Source: Anolis carolinensis (Eukaryota). Taken from it: 64,000 nt of DNA. The DNA is taken from assembly GCF_035594765.1 (NCBI RefSeq), contig NC_085846.1, positions 7,055,190 to 7,119,189 of the forward strand, written 5' to 3'. Made by a program: the position numbers and the translations under genes. Below are positions 21,997 through 35,345 of this stretch, piece by piece; position 1 is the stretch's first letter; the number at the start of each line of letters is the position of its first letter. The notes under the pieces were generated by a model, which saw only the letters and a program-made list of their open reading frames with translations, had not been told where the DNA came from and did no database searches.

Positions 21997-22200
21997 ATGA
22001 CAATTTTTTTGTTGTAAATTTCACTGTTAGATCCCAGCGTAATTTCTTCGGCTTTAGGCATTTTATTAAAATTAATTTAGCAAACGTGCTACACTTTTGC
22101 ATGGCCTTGGAGAAAAAGACGGGAAATAAAAGCCATGGAAAATAAATCAGGAAGCTGATTACTTTTTTTAGATACTGCATCAAAGCCTTGGCCACCAGCA

Positions 22201-22273
22201 GCCGAAATAGCTCAGTTGGGAGAGCGTTAGACTGAAGATCTAAAGGTCCCTGGTTCGATCCCGGGTTTCGGCA
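22201..22273 (+). tRNA. tRNA-Phe(GAA)
   Basis: GCCGAAATAGCTCAGTTGGGAGAGC...CTGAAGA...TTTCGGCA, with a T-run terminator. Confidence 0.97.
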
Positions 22274-22733
22274 AGGGGCTAGTAGCTTTTTTTTAAACCC
22301 CATTTTCTGGTTTTCTTTTTATTCAATAAATGCAAAAGCTGTCTAGGAATCAAGATGGTGGTTTACATTCTCCACTACGTATGTAAAATGGGTCTTCCTC
22401 TTTTGTGTCATTTCTTTCCTCCAATATTGATCCTATGCTTCTATACATCAGCATTAAGAAAATGAGGCAGAAAATTGTTTTATTTGAGGCATTATTAGAA
22501 ATTGTGCTTTACAAAAGAGACTGCAGCATCACATTCATGCTTGCTTTGTACTTTTTCACACTAGGATCCAAACAGTACTGGTGATCGAAAAGTGAAAAAT
22601 CTTTAGGAACAAAATGGGCCCAAGTTTCTGATGTCATTGTTGGTATCATTTATTAGTTCATCTCTATTAAGAACATACTTTCTGCAGAGGTAAAAGTAAC
22701 TAGGAAAAAAGGTGAGATTGGACCGGAACACCT

Positions 22734-22815
22734 GACGAGGTGGCCGAGTGGTTAAGGCGATGGACTGCTAATCCATTGTGCTCTGCACGCGTGGGTTCGA
22801 ATCCCATCCTCGTCG
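22734..22815 (+). tRNA. tRNA-Ser(GCT)
   Basis: GACGAGGTGGCCGAGTGG...CTGCTAA, long variable arm, ...CCTCGTCG, with a T5 terminator. Confidence 0.97.
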
Positions 22816-23139
22816 GTCCACATTATTTTTAAATGCCCTGAATGGAAGGGGCAGGAAAGGGACTTAATGCCAGCGATGAATGTGTGGCACCTTTAAAAAC
22901 ACCTTATCTCCCCCACCCTACCCCATTTCAAGATTTTTAACTTTCCCAGAAATGACTTCCCATATTATGGAAAGTTTTGCTCTCATAGTGGGATAACTGC
23001 AGGTGTGGGCGATTTTATTAAAAGAGTTACCAAAAATCAACTTATTTCTACGAATCCTGAGAATCTCACATTGTTGGGACTCATGAAGGCAAACCTCGAT
23101 GCAATTTCTAGACCATGAAGCATCCCCCTTTTAAAAACT

Positions 23140-23760
23140 CAATGGGTTGCTGTGTTATCCGGACTGTATGGCCATGCTTCAGAAGCATTCTCTCCTGACA
23201 TTTCGCCTGTATCTATGAAAGGCATCCTCAGCGGTTGTGAGGTCTGTTGAAAACTAGGTAACAAATGCCTCAACAAAACAAATGCCTCAACTAGGTAAGA
23301 GAGGATTATATATCTGTGGAAAGTCTAGGATGGGAGAAAAAACTCTTCTGTTGGAGGCAAATGTGAATGTAGCAATTGGCCACCTTGATTGGCATTGAAT
23401 TGCCTTGCAGAATAAAGAACACTCAGAAAACAGGAATTCCAGACAGAAAACAATCAGGACCAGCTAACACCTAACAAAGGATTCCCCCAGGCAGTAGGCA
23501 GCCAGTCCTTGAAGCTATAAGGCCATTAAATGCTAAACAATGTGGTCAATTGCAACATTAAAATTTGCCTTAAACAATAGCTTTCTCCCACCCTGGACTT
23601 TCCAGTTATATAAACCCCTCTTGCCAACAGACCTTACAGCCTCCGAGGATGCATGCAATAGATGCAGGCAGAACATCAGAATGCTTCTGGAACATGGCCA
23701 TACAATACAGCCCAGATAACAGCAACCCAGGGATTCCCACCATGAAAGCCTTGGACAACA
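23140..23760. mobile_element. Penelope pseudo-LTR fragments, inverted pair
   Basis: Same family sequence as 10200-11272, with decayed hammerhead motifs at about 23194-23234 (-) and 23640-23680 (+). Confidence 0.65.
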
Positions 23761-23832
23761 CAATCTAAGCAGCAAATCCCCACTATAAGTAACACAGAAG
23801 TGATTTCATCCCTTTTTAGGGAATCTGTAGGT

Positions 23833-23848
23833 GGCTCTTAAAAGAGCC
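23833..23848 (-). other. Histone mRNA 3' stem-loop (H1)
   Basis: GGCTCTTTTAAGAGCC followed by ACC and a purine-rich HDE. Confidence 0.95.
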
Positions 23849-23888
23849 GTTGTGGTAAAAGGTGAAGCCTTTTGCAGGAGTATAGGAT

Positions 23889-24527
23889 TCACTTCTTTTT
23901 GGGGGCGAGTTTAGGCTTGGTAGTCTTGGGCTTGGCTTTCGCCTTGGGCTTCAGAGCCTTGGCGGGGCTCTTGATGGTCTTCTTGGGCTTGGTGACTTTG
24001 GACTTCTTGGGGCTCTTGGCGGCCACTTTCTTGGCCCCTCCGGCAGCCGAAGCGGGCTTCTTGGCAACTTTCTTGGCGGCAGGCTTCTTGGGTGTGGCGG
24101 CTTTCTTCACCACTTTCTTGGCCGCTGGCTTTTTGGCTTTGGAAGCGGCGGAGGCGGGCTTCTTCTTGGGGGCAGCCTTCTTCTCCTTGCCCTCGGAAGC
24201 CTGCTTCTTGTTGAGCTTGAAGGAGCCTGAAGCGCCGGTGCCTTTGGTCTGGACCACAGTTCCCTTAGTCACCAGGCTCTTAAGGCCCAGCTTGATGCGG
24301 CTGTTGTTCTTCTCCACATCATAGCCGGCGGCCGCCAAAGACTTCTTCAGAGCGGCCAGAGAGATCCCGCCACGCTCCTTGGAGGCGGACACGGCCTGGG
24401 TCAACAGCTCCGTCACGCTGGGACCCGAAGGCTTCTTCGCCTTAGCCGCTCCTCCCGCCTTCTTCGCCGGAGCCTTGGCAGCTGGGGCCGCTGAAGACTC
24501 AGCCACTGCTGGAGCTACTTCTGCCAT
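23889..24527 (-). CDS. Histone H1, replication-dependent (212 aa)
   Basis: Intronless. MAEVAPA..., globular domain ([14 protein letters not shown]...[11 protein letters not shown]) and a Lys/Ala/Pro-rich tail with S/TPxK sites. 3' stem-loop at 23833-23848, TATA at about 24595-24602, H1 AC box AAACACA at 24748-24754 and TG box at 24900-24907. Confidence 0.97.
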   Translation of the reverse strand: MAEVAPAVAESSAAPAAKAPAKKAGGAAKAKKPSGPSVTELLTQAVSASKERGGISLAALKKSLAAAGYDVEKNNSRIKLGLKSLVTKGTVVQTKGTGASGSFKLNKKQASEGKEKKAAPKKKPASAASKAKKPAAKKVVKKAATPKKPAAKKVAKKPASAAGGAKKVAAKSPKKSKVTKPKKTIKSPAKALKPKAKAKPKTTKPKLAPKKK

Positions 24528-27112
24528 CTTGATAACTGTGTACTCTCTTCGAAGGAAAGGTCGAACTGAAAACAAAAACAGCGCGGGGGCCTGGTATTTA
24601 TAGGGAAGCCGCTGCGCTCCGATTGGTCCGTTTCCAGACGCGTTCTAATTGGTCGTCCATTTCCATCCGCGCTCTGATTGGTCCGTTTCTAGCAAGGCTT
24701 CCAGACCGACTCCAGAACGAAGCTCCTTGGGCCCTTGGAACTTTTTTTGTGTTTCTTCATCAGCACAAAAAAGCTAATTATTAAAAATTCTTTTCACGGA
24801 TTATCCCAAATCCAAGAGGGATCCATAAGGGGAAAGTTAGCTTTGCTGGGACCCAATTTGCAAGTCGAAAGGCGGTAAAATGTGCCAGGGAAAGAAGAAG
24901 AAACACAACCTCTGATAATTCCTTCTACTGAAAAATGTGCAAACTTTTGGCTTTTGGTGCAAATAGCAAATTCGGCTTTAAACCCAGGGCTATGGCAGGT
25001 TTTGTATAAGGTACCCAGTAGAGTTGACTTCTAGTCAACGATGAGGGGGAGGGTTTTCACCTGATAATTTTGCAGCAATCGCTTGCTTAATTGAGTCAAG
25101 TAGCACACCTGGCTAGGAGATATTTTTTTCTTGGAGAGAATCAGTAAAGATACTTTGCTTTATTTCCTGTATCGAATTCTGGATTTCCCACTAAGAAGTA
25201 ATTACTGGGACAGGAAACAGATCTGCCAGAAGGATCTGGAATTCAAAGGCAAACTCTTGTTTCAGAGATGCATCTACATTGTAGCATTAATGCAGATTGA
25301 CTCCATTTTCATTGCAATGGCTGAATGCTATGAAATCCTGTGAGTTTCCATAGCATTGAGCCATGACAATGGAAGGTCTAATGGCCTCATAATACAACTC
25401 TCAGGTTTCCATAGCAGTGAGCCATTGAAACAAAAGTGGGGTCAAACTGCAGTGTAGATACACCCTCAGAAAATTCTGATAAAAGGAGTACTTAACTACT
25501 GCTCCCCTCCAAAGGTAATTTCCAGTGTATACAGGCTGCTTTTTCTCTGGCTCACTGATGTCCAGAAGCAAAATACACGGGGGTTTGGGGGGATTTATTG
25601 TGTATGTAAACATCATTTCCAAATGTTGGAGTCCTGGTGTGGAGGGAAGGGGGGTCAACAAAATTAAGATTAAAGCTATGCATTGTTGAAACAGAACAGA
25701 AAACAAACCAAATAGAAAAGCTAAAACAAAAATTCAAAACCCAGTTTTTAAGTATAGGCAACAACAAATATTTTTAAAATGCAAGAATAAAAACTCATTA
25801 AAATAATGAATGTCAGATGTGTTTTTAATGTTTTATATATTTCTTTTTATCCTTCTTGGGGTTTTTTTTCAAAACAAGGGTGGGGAAAAGTTATGGAGAG
25901 AGATTATGAGGGGATTATTTTTTCTATTTGATGTCTTTTTAAATTTTTAGTGTTATTTTAGTGACTATGTTTTTGTTTGGACTTAAGTTGCAATTCTGAA
26001 ATTGAATAAAAATGATGTAAAAAGATAAATGGATGATGGTAAGGTGTGGGGAAACTGAGATACTTTCTTATGGGCATGGTCCTGAAAAAGAAAAGGATTC
26101 CAAGATAGGGGCTAAGCAAGCTTTTCGAAATGGAGTATTCCATAGATGAGATGCATCTACTAAAAAGGTAGTTCCTTTTCCTTCTGATGTATTTTATTTT
26201 GATTTTCTGTTTTTACCCGGGCTTGGTCCCATGTAAGCTGCCCCGAGTCCCTTTGTAGAGATGGAGGCAGGGTACAAAATAAATTATTATTATTATTATT
26301 ATTAGGTTCAAATGCAGACATTTCCCATTACCTTTCTGAGGCTGAGAGAGTGTGACTTATCTAGTGGGTTTTCATGGCTGAGTGAGGATTTGATTTCAGC
26401 CCTGATCTCCAGAGTCATCGTCCAGGAATCAAATCAATATGCCCAAATATTTATGGACATTTATTAAGCTTAAGTTAAAACTCTTGTACGCATTGGCTGA
26501 TTGTTGTGAATGTATAGCCTCATCTACACTGTCATTACACTGTTTTAAACTGCATTATGTGGCACTGTAGATGTGACCATACATTCACAAACATGCCACA
26601 ACATCACAACTATCAGTTTTAAACTGCATTATATGACAGTATAGATGGGACCAAAATGGATAATTGAAAAGGAAGAAGGTTGTTTGGATTTTTGTTCATC
26701 CATGAAGACATGCTTCAGCTCTTTTGCTTTGACAGGGATATTCTCAATCAATGATGTCATCCTGCTGTTTCAGCTACTTTTGAAAGGACACAGGGTGCAT
26801 CTACAATATAGAATTAATGTAGTTTGATATCACTTTAATTCTCGTGGCTCAGTGCTATGGAATCCTGGGAGCTGTAGTCTGTACTCTTTGGAAGAGAAGG
26901 TTGAAGACCTTGAAAAACTCTACCTCACAGGATTCCATAGCATTGAGCCATGAGAATGAAAGAGGTATCAAACTGCATTAATTCCAGTGTAGATGCATCC
27001 TACTGTACTGTGTCCTTTAAGTCATTTTTCTACCTACATCGCAAGGTTTGTATACTCTGCCCATGCCAGCTTCTCTTCCATGCTTCAGCAAGACCAAATG
27101 AATGGTGACATG

Positions 27113-27660
27113 GTGTTGTCAAATGCTTTCATGGCCAAAATCATTGGGTTTTTGTGAGTTTTCCAGGCTGTCTGGCCATGTTCCAGAAGCAGTCTCTCCT
27201 GACGTTTTGCCCACATCCATGGCAGGCATCCTCAGAGGTTGTGAGGTCTGTTGGAAACTTGGCAAGTGAAGTTTATATATCTGTGGAATAATGTCCATGG
27301 TGGAAGAAAAAACTCTTCTGTTGGAGGCCAGTGTGAATGTTGCCATTAGCCAGCTTGATTAGCATCAAATGGCCTTTCAGCTTCAAAGCCTGACTGCTTA
27401 CTGCCTGGGGGAATCCTTTGTTGGTAAGTGTTAGCTGGCCCTGATTGTTTCCTGTCTGGAATTCCCTTTTTTAGTGTTGCTCTTTATTTATTGTCCTGAT
27501 TTTAGTGTATTTAAATATATATATATTGGTAGCCAGATTTTGTTCATATTTATTATTTCCTCCCATCTGTTGAAATTGTCCCTACATGCTTGTGGATTTC
27601 AATGGCTTCTCTATGTAGCCTGACACGGTAGATGTGGGAGTGGTCCAGCATTTCTGTGCA
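27113..27660 (-). mobile_element. Penelope-like element 3' fragment
   Basis: GIY-YIG C-terminal remnant plus pseudo-LTR. The hammerhead motif at 27198-27238 has GAAA changed to AAAA. Confidence 0.7.
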
Positions 27661-28114
27661 AGTTTTCATTGCAAGGCTTGTTTACTCAGCCTTCTCTTTC
27701 ACTCTTTAGGAAGATCAGGTGAAAAGTAACATTAATCGCTGTGCTTATTTATATTGTAAGCAAACTGAGGATACAATTGTAATGTATTTAAAAACAAAGT
27801 TTAAAACTTTTGCATTATATTAAGTGTCCTTTGACCAGTAGCTTGGCCACTTGGAACAGCCTCTGGTGTTGCTATAAGGTCCTCCAGTGTGCATGCCGCA
27901 TCGCTGTGCTGATTGGGTGAAAGAAATTGGTAGTCAGGAATTAACCAATCAGGCTACAGCGCAGGTTATTTTAAAAAACCTTGTCTGGAAGCATTAAAAC
28001 GATTTAGGATAGAACCTTATGCATTATTCACCAGGTAAGCTTTAGTTCAAGTAGTATAGGGATTGAAGTAAACCTGCGGGTTCTTAGTTTTCAGCACTTT
28101 TTTGAGTATGTGGT

Positions 28115-28130
28115 GGCTCTTAAAAGAGCC
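28115..28130 (-). other. Histone mRNA 3' stem-loop (H3)
   Basis: GGCTCTTTTAAGAGCC-ACCAC...AAAAAAGTGCTG. Confidence 0.95.
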
Positions 28131-28181
28131 TTTTGGAATGTTTTTCTTCTCAGACGTGGACTGGGTTCAAAAGATTGACCC

Positions 28182-28598
<417 letters not shown>

Positions 28599-29176
28599 CT
28601 AGGAGAAAAGGAGCTAAAAAAAGAACTGCTTTCTCCAGGAACAGATAACAATTTGCCTCAGCCGCCTCTGACCGCTGTATTTATACACTATTTCCCCTCG
28701 TTTCATTGGTTAGAAAAAAGCAGCCAATCACAAGGTTTGAAATTCCCGCCCTGTGCCGTGATTGGTCGGAGTTCACCAAACCGGTATGTTTCCCTCAGAG
28801 CTCTCTTATTTCTTCACTGCTCACATGAGAGAACTAAAGCATTTAAATACTTACTAGCTTAGTATTTAAATACTGTTATGAATTATTCGATTAACGTGTC
28901 CTTAATCACTGTTTTAATTAGTGCAGAATTATGTTAAGCGGTAGAAAAACCGAAAGGTTTTTAAAAATATCTCTCGCTGTGCCCCGATTGGCCAATTTCC
29001 GATCCTGCTTTTCTTTCATCCAATCAGAGCGCAGCAATTGATGTCACGCTATCTATCAATCGAATGCTGTTGAAGAGCTGGCAGTCAACGGTCTCCGGTG
29101 TGAAAAGAACAGTAACAGAAGGCAATCCGATCGAAGGGGCCATATTAAACTTTAAAAATACATTGTTCTAAAAAGA

Positions 29177-29256
29177 GGTAGAAAGGCGCAATGGTAAAAC
29201 GCCGGATTAAGGTGTCAACGCCTCTGCAGTTGTGGGTTCGAATCCTACCTCTGCCA
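29177..29256 (+). pseudogene. tRNA-Leu(AAG)-derived pseudogene
   Basis: GGTAG...GGATTAAGG...GTGGGTTCGAATCCTACCTCTGCCA aligns to vertebrate tRNA-Leu(AAG). The T arm/B box is intact; the D arm and anticodon stem are broken. Confidence 0.7.
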
Positions 29257-29539
29257 ATATCCTTTGTGAGACAGGATGACCGCTAGTTTTGCCAAAATGT
29301 AAAATTAATTCTGCATTTGTCTGGGGATATGATGAATCAGCTGAGTAACGGCAAAACAATCTACTGGCAGTATAGGAAAGCAGTACAGGAAAGCAACCAT
29401 ACTGCAATGAAATTAACAGGCTGACCTTGGGCAATTCCTTTAGCTCTGGTTACTGAGGAAGGTCAATAGAATTATATAAATATGTCTGATTCATGTTTAA
29501 AAGCCATCTATGCTATCATTTTTGCTGGGAGATCTTGCT

Positions 29540-29860
29540 GAGTTGTAGGAAGTAACCCCAAGGGTCATCTAGGCCAACCCTATTCTGCCAGGCAGGAAGA
29601 CACCATCAAATCCTTCCCAACAGATGGCCATCCAGCCTCACTTTATAAACCTCCAAGAAGGAGACTTGTTTCTTATGCAGAGTATTTATCTGCTAAACAG
29701 CTGATATCATCAGGAAGTCCTTCCTAATGTTTAGGTGGCATCTGCAGTTTGAATCCATGGCTCCATTGCATCCTAGTCTCCCGAGCAGCAGAAAACAATA
29801 TTGTCTCCTCAATGGGACATCCTTTCAGATATATAAACAAACATGTCTATCATGTCTCCT
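29540..29860 (-). mobile_element. CR1 3' end fragment
   Basis: Similar to the 3' part of the CR1 at 17960-18300. Confidence 0.65.
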
Positions 29861-31434
29861 GGGAATTGTAGTTGTACCAGGCCTCTAAACTTGTCTGCCA
29901 AAGGGGTCAGTGCTTCAGCAAACTACGGCTCTCTGGATTCAATATCACTGAGCTGTAGCCATTAAAAGTGTTGTCAAACTGCATTAATTCTGTGTGTTGT
30001 AAAAGGCTTTCATGGCCAGAATCACTGAGTTGCTGTGAGTTTTCTGTACTGTCTGGCCATCTTCCAGAAGCATTCTCTCCTGACGTTTCACCCACATCTA
30101 TGGCAGGCATCCTCTGAGGATGCCTACCATAGATGTGGGTGAAACGACAGGAGAGAATGCTTCTGGAACATTGTCATACAGCTCAGAAAGGTCACAGCAA
30201 TCCTGCATTAATTCTTTCGATCCAACCAATCTTGCCGGGTTGCTGTGAGAACAATAAAAGACAGAGCCACTTAAAAGACAGGATAGAAATGTAAGGAAAA
30301 ATGGTAAAGGCACCATCTGAACTAGATTTTCATTACTAAGCTATTATACCATTGCCCTCAGCTGGAGGCCTCTCCCCCCATCACCAACTGATGTTCTGGG
30401 GCCAATATATAATATAACATACAACAATATATAATAATGTAATATTGTATTTATTATTTATTTATTAGCGACATTTATATCCCGCCCTTCTCACCCCAAA
30501 GGAGACTCAGGGTGGTTTACAAGTATATATACATACAATATATTATACAATATAATACTAATAATACAATATAATAGTAATTATATATTACATGTAATAT
30601 TTCTAATAATATTACAGTATAATGGTATAGTTCGATATAGTGATATATAATGCTAATATTGTGCTATGCTAATAATATAATATATTGTATGTACATATAA
30701 TTTGTAAGCTACTCTGAGTGCCCTTCGGGGTGCGAGAGGGCAGGATAGAAATGTAGTAAAAAAAACCAAAAAAACACCAAAGCTGCTTTTCAATCCTGCG
30801 ATTTGGAAGTGACCTCAAATCATTTCCAAAAATCAGAAGAGGAAGGGGGCAATTGTGAGGAAACTCAGCCCAATCAATATACCATATATTTTGAGCTAAC
30901 TGTGCAATTTGTTTGCTATTTTCACTCATCCTTTTTAAAATTAAAAGTTGTGGCACATTGGAAAGTCATAGAAAATGTGTTATATACTACATTCTGCATC
31001 CCTGTTCTTACCAAATATTATGTTTCCGAAATGTATTATGTTCATTGTTTATTTATGCCATTTTCTCTCTCCATTAAACTCGATGTACAACACAGCTTCA
31101 CTCTCTTTTCTTCTGTACCTCTCTCCCCAGCTTTGTTCATCACATTCCATGCTCATCCCCAAATTAGTGCCTTCAATGGCCCAAACTACACTAATTCTAC
31201 AGTACTGGTGTGCCCATAATAGTCATGGTAGTGTGCAACTGGACACAAGTCTCTTATAGACAGGCACTGCTTTTATAAACTAACACACCTGTCACTGTGG
31301 AAGACATACCAGGCATTCCTAAGGTCCAGCAAAAAATTTTTATTCGCCTTTTGAAATTATTCAGCTTCAACTGTATATAGATTGTATAATTTCCAAATAT
31401 TTAAAAAAAAGTGGGGTTAAAAAAATTGCAACTT

Positions 31435-31506
31435 CTCCCCGTCGGGGAATCGAACCCCGGTCTCCCGCGTGACAGGCGGGGATACTTACCACTATACTAA
31501 CGAGGA
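31435..31506 (-). tRNA. tRNA-Asp(GTC)
   Basis: TCCTCGTTAGTATAGTGG...CTGTCAC...CGACGGGGAG, with a T-run terminator. Confidence 0.97.
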
Positions 31507-32038
31507 AATTGCTGAACCAGGGCCTCCGTCTAGGCCATTTGTTGCTCTCCTTATGCAAATAGGTCATTTATACTTCATCCTAATTGGCTGACCCATTTCC
31601 AGCAGAAAGCTGAGGTCATAATTATCATTAGACTGCACTCTTGAGCCCAGAAAAAGTATGACTTCCAAACCCAAAGATTTGGAAAATAACAGCGGAAATG
31701 ACCACTGTAAACCATGTTGGGAAATTATTTGAATCGAGCTGCATGTTGACTTTCATGGAGTGTATTTTGGAGCCTGGCACACAAAGGATATGCTATGGGA
31801 CCATAGGAGTTACAGTTCTATTTATGTAGTATGTATGCATTAATTCGATAGTAGGGATGGATCCATAGACACTAACATAATGCATAGGTCCCAGTTACCA
31901 AAATACAATCCCAAAATGTTTCTTTCATTCAAAGAAAGTGTACAGCTCTTTTATTGAGAAAGTGGGCGGCTCTTAAAAGAGCCTTTGGGTCTGGTAGGAT
32001 CAAACGCCAGCCAAGGGAGGCTGCTGGGAGTTGTAGTC

Positions 32039-32569
<531 letters not shown>

Positions 32570-33197
32570 CTATCATTGGTCTACGAACCCGCGCCCCAAT
32601 TGGCTGTTTGAGAAATTCACCTTGCTGACTATTGGTCGCGATTTTAAGTGTTATCCAATCAAATTTGCACATTTTGAAGCCATGGGGGAAATCAAGCTAA
32701 TCAATTCTAGTGAAACGGTTCAGTCCACCATAGACAAAAGAGATTTTTTTGCTTCCCTTTTGTTTCTGGTGCTGATCTGGTTTAATTTTATATTTCTGGT
32801 TTCTGCTTTTTAAGCTTCAGGCGTTCGTATTTGCCTATAATAACAGATTCCGCTCTAATATAGGCAGTTACCACCACCTCAACAGCAACAACCTTGATAA
32901 TAATGGTAATAATAGTCTATACCACTTCCCATTTCGATGCTTTATATAAAGTTTGCCTTCCTGAACTGCAATCCGAACTTTATTTTAAATGTCGCTTTTA
33001 TTTCAATTGGAAAAAAATATATAGATTGATATATGTATATACAGATAAACCCCGCCAAATTGGAAGAGACTTAAATCTCAGAGGAAAGATTTCTTCTAAT
33101 GCTGAAAAATGTCTTCCAGATATTTCACTACCATAAATCTTTTATTTACATTGGGATAAAAATGCTTTATCCCGTTAAGGAGCGAGGGGAAAAAATG

Positions 33198-33269
33198 TGG
33201 AGATGCCGGGGATCGAACCCGGGGCCTCATACATGCAAAGCATGCGCTCTACCACTGAGCTACATCCCC
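33198..33269 (-). tRNA. tRNA-Ala(TGC)
   Basis: GGGGATGTAGCTCAGTGG...TTTGCAT...CATCTCCA, with a T6 terminator. Confidence 0.97.
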
Positions 33270-33564
33270 GAACTGATGAACAGAGCGCCATTATTCCATC
33301 AAAAGGAATTCCATTCGCATCTAAGGCAGGAAATGCAAGTCACTAAATTTGATGTTGATTTATTTTGAATACTGGATGCTACAAATCTCCAAATAACATT
33401 GATACATTCTTGGAAAATAAGGGGGTACTGTTCCATTAACATCATCCAGGAAATTTCGTTTGAGAAAAATAATAGGAGTTAAGTGTGACATTGCGTTTGT
33501 GAACATAAAACTAAGGAATGTATTTATTTATAAAGTGGCGCTACTTTTGCCTAAGCCTTTAGAT

Positions 33565-35345
33565 CACATTGGAGGAACTGGGCTCTACCGGCCAATTGAG
33601 TCTTCACCACAGACATCAGAAGAACTGCAAGGCCAAGAACAAGCCACGAGAGTCAACCCAAAGGAAAAGTGTTGTTGCATACATCAAGGCAACCACTGAC
33701 CACAGAGGGAAGTTACAAACTATCTACAGATCCACCTAGAATTTCCAACAAATGCTACATTCAGCAAAGGACAAGAGGGATCCTTTCACCTCTGCAGGAG
33801 TCTCCCATATACCATGCAGCTGTGGACAAGTCTAAAGAGGGAACACCAAACTCAGCAGCATCGCCCAGACATGAATCAAGGAACATGAAAGGCACTGCAG
33901 ACTAACCCAACCAGAGAAGTCAGGCATAGCAGAGCACTTGATGAATCAATCTGGACACGGTATATTATTTGAGAACACAGAAATGCTGGACCACTCTCAC
34001 AACCACCATGTCAGAGAAGCCATTGAAATCCACAAGCATGTGGACAATTTCAACAGAAAGGAGGAAACCATGCAAATTAACAAAATCTGACTACCACTAT
34101 TTAAAAAACTCTAAAATCAGGACAATAAATAAAAAACAACACTAAGAAGACATGGGAATTCCATACAGGAAACCATCAGGGCCAGCTAACACCTCTCAAC
34201 AAAGGATCCCCCCCCCCCCCAGGCAAGAAGCAGCCAGGCATTATTTATTTATTTATTTACAACATTTAGATTCCATGCTTCTCATCCCGAAGGGGACTCA
34301 AAGCAGTTTACAAATTATATGTACATACAATGTATTATATTATTAGCATTGTACAATATTAGCATTATAAATTACTATATTGTACTATACCACTATACTG
34401 TAATATTATTAGTAATATTACATGTAATATATAATAATTATTATATTGTATTATTATTAGCATGATATGGTATTAAATTATATTATCAATATTATATTTA
34501 CATACAATCATATTATTATATATTATTGTATATTATACTGCATAGGTAAAGGTAAAGGTTTCCCCTGACATTAAGTCCAGTCATGTCTGACTCTGGGGGT
34601 TGGTGCTCATCTCCATTTCTAAGCCGAAGAGCCGGCGTTGTCCATAGACACCTCCAAGGTCATGTGGCCGGCATGACTGCATGGAGTGCCGTTACCTTCC
34701 TGCCGGAGCAGTACCTATTTATCTGCTCACATTTGCATGTTTTTGAACTGCTAGGTTGGCAGGAGATTATACTGCATACTATATTATATATACAGTAGAG
34801 TCTCATTTATACAACATAAACGGGCCAGCAGAACGTTGGATAAGTGAATATGTTGGATAATAAGGAGGGATTAAGGAAAAGCGTATTAAACATCAAATTA
34901 GGTTATGATTTTACAAATTAAGCACCAAAACATCATGTTATACAACAAATTTGACAGAAAAAGTAGTTCAATACGCAGTAATGCTATGTAGTAATTACTG
35001 TATTTACGAATTTAGCACCAAAATATCATGATGTTTTGAAATCATTGACTACAAAAATGCGATGGATAATCCAGAATGTTGGATAAGTGAGACTCTACTG
35101 TACTATATATATAAGCATAGCTTGTTACTGGGGACCATTCAGTAATGTATTGTCAATACTCTAATCAAGGTGGCCAATTGCAATATTCACACCTGCCTCA
35201 AGCAGACAAGAGTTCTTTCTCCCACCCTGGACATCATTCCACAGGAATATAAACCCCTCACAGACCTCACAACCTCTGAGGATGCTTGCCATAGATGTGG
35301 GCAAAACATCAGGGGAGAATGCTTCTGAAACATGACTATACAGCA
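33565..35345 (+). mobile_element. Penelope-like element 3' part, interrupted by nested SINE and MITE insertions (about 34240-35160)
   Basis: Degenerate GIY-YIG domain (PCSCGQVY..., KEHERHCRLTQPEKS-IAEHL, EAIEIHKHVDNFNRKEE). The pseudo-LTR resumes at about 35160, with a decayed hammerhead at 35273-35313 on the same strand as the ORF. Confidence 0.75.

Noticed and set aside
23872-24324. Plus-strand ORFs opposite histone genes (also 28473-28862, 31985-32401, 36289-36675, 41500-41916)
   Set aside because: Antisense shadows of GC-rich histone codon usage, with no independent promoter or 3' signals.
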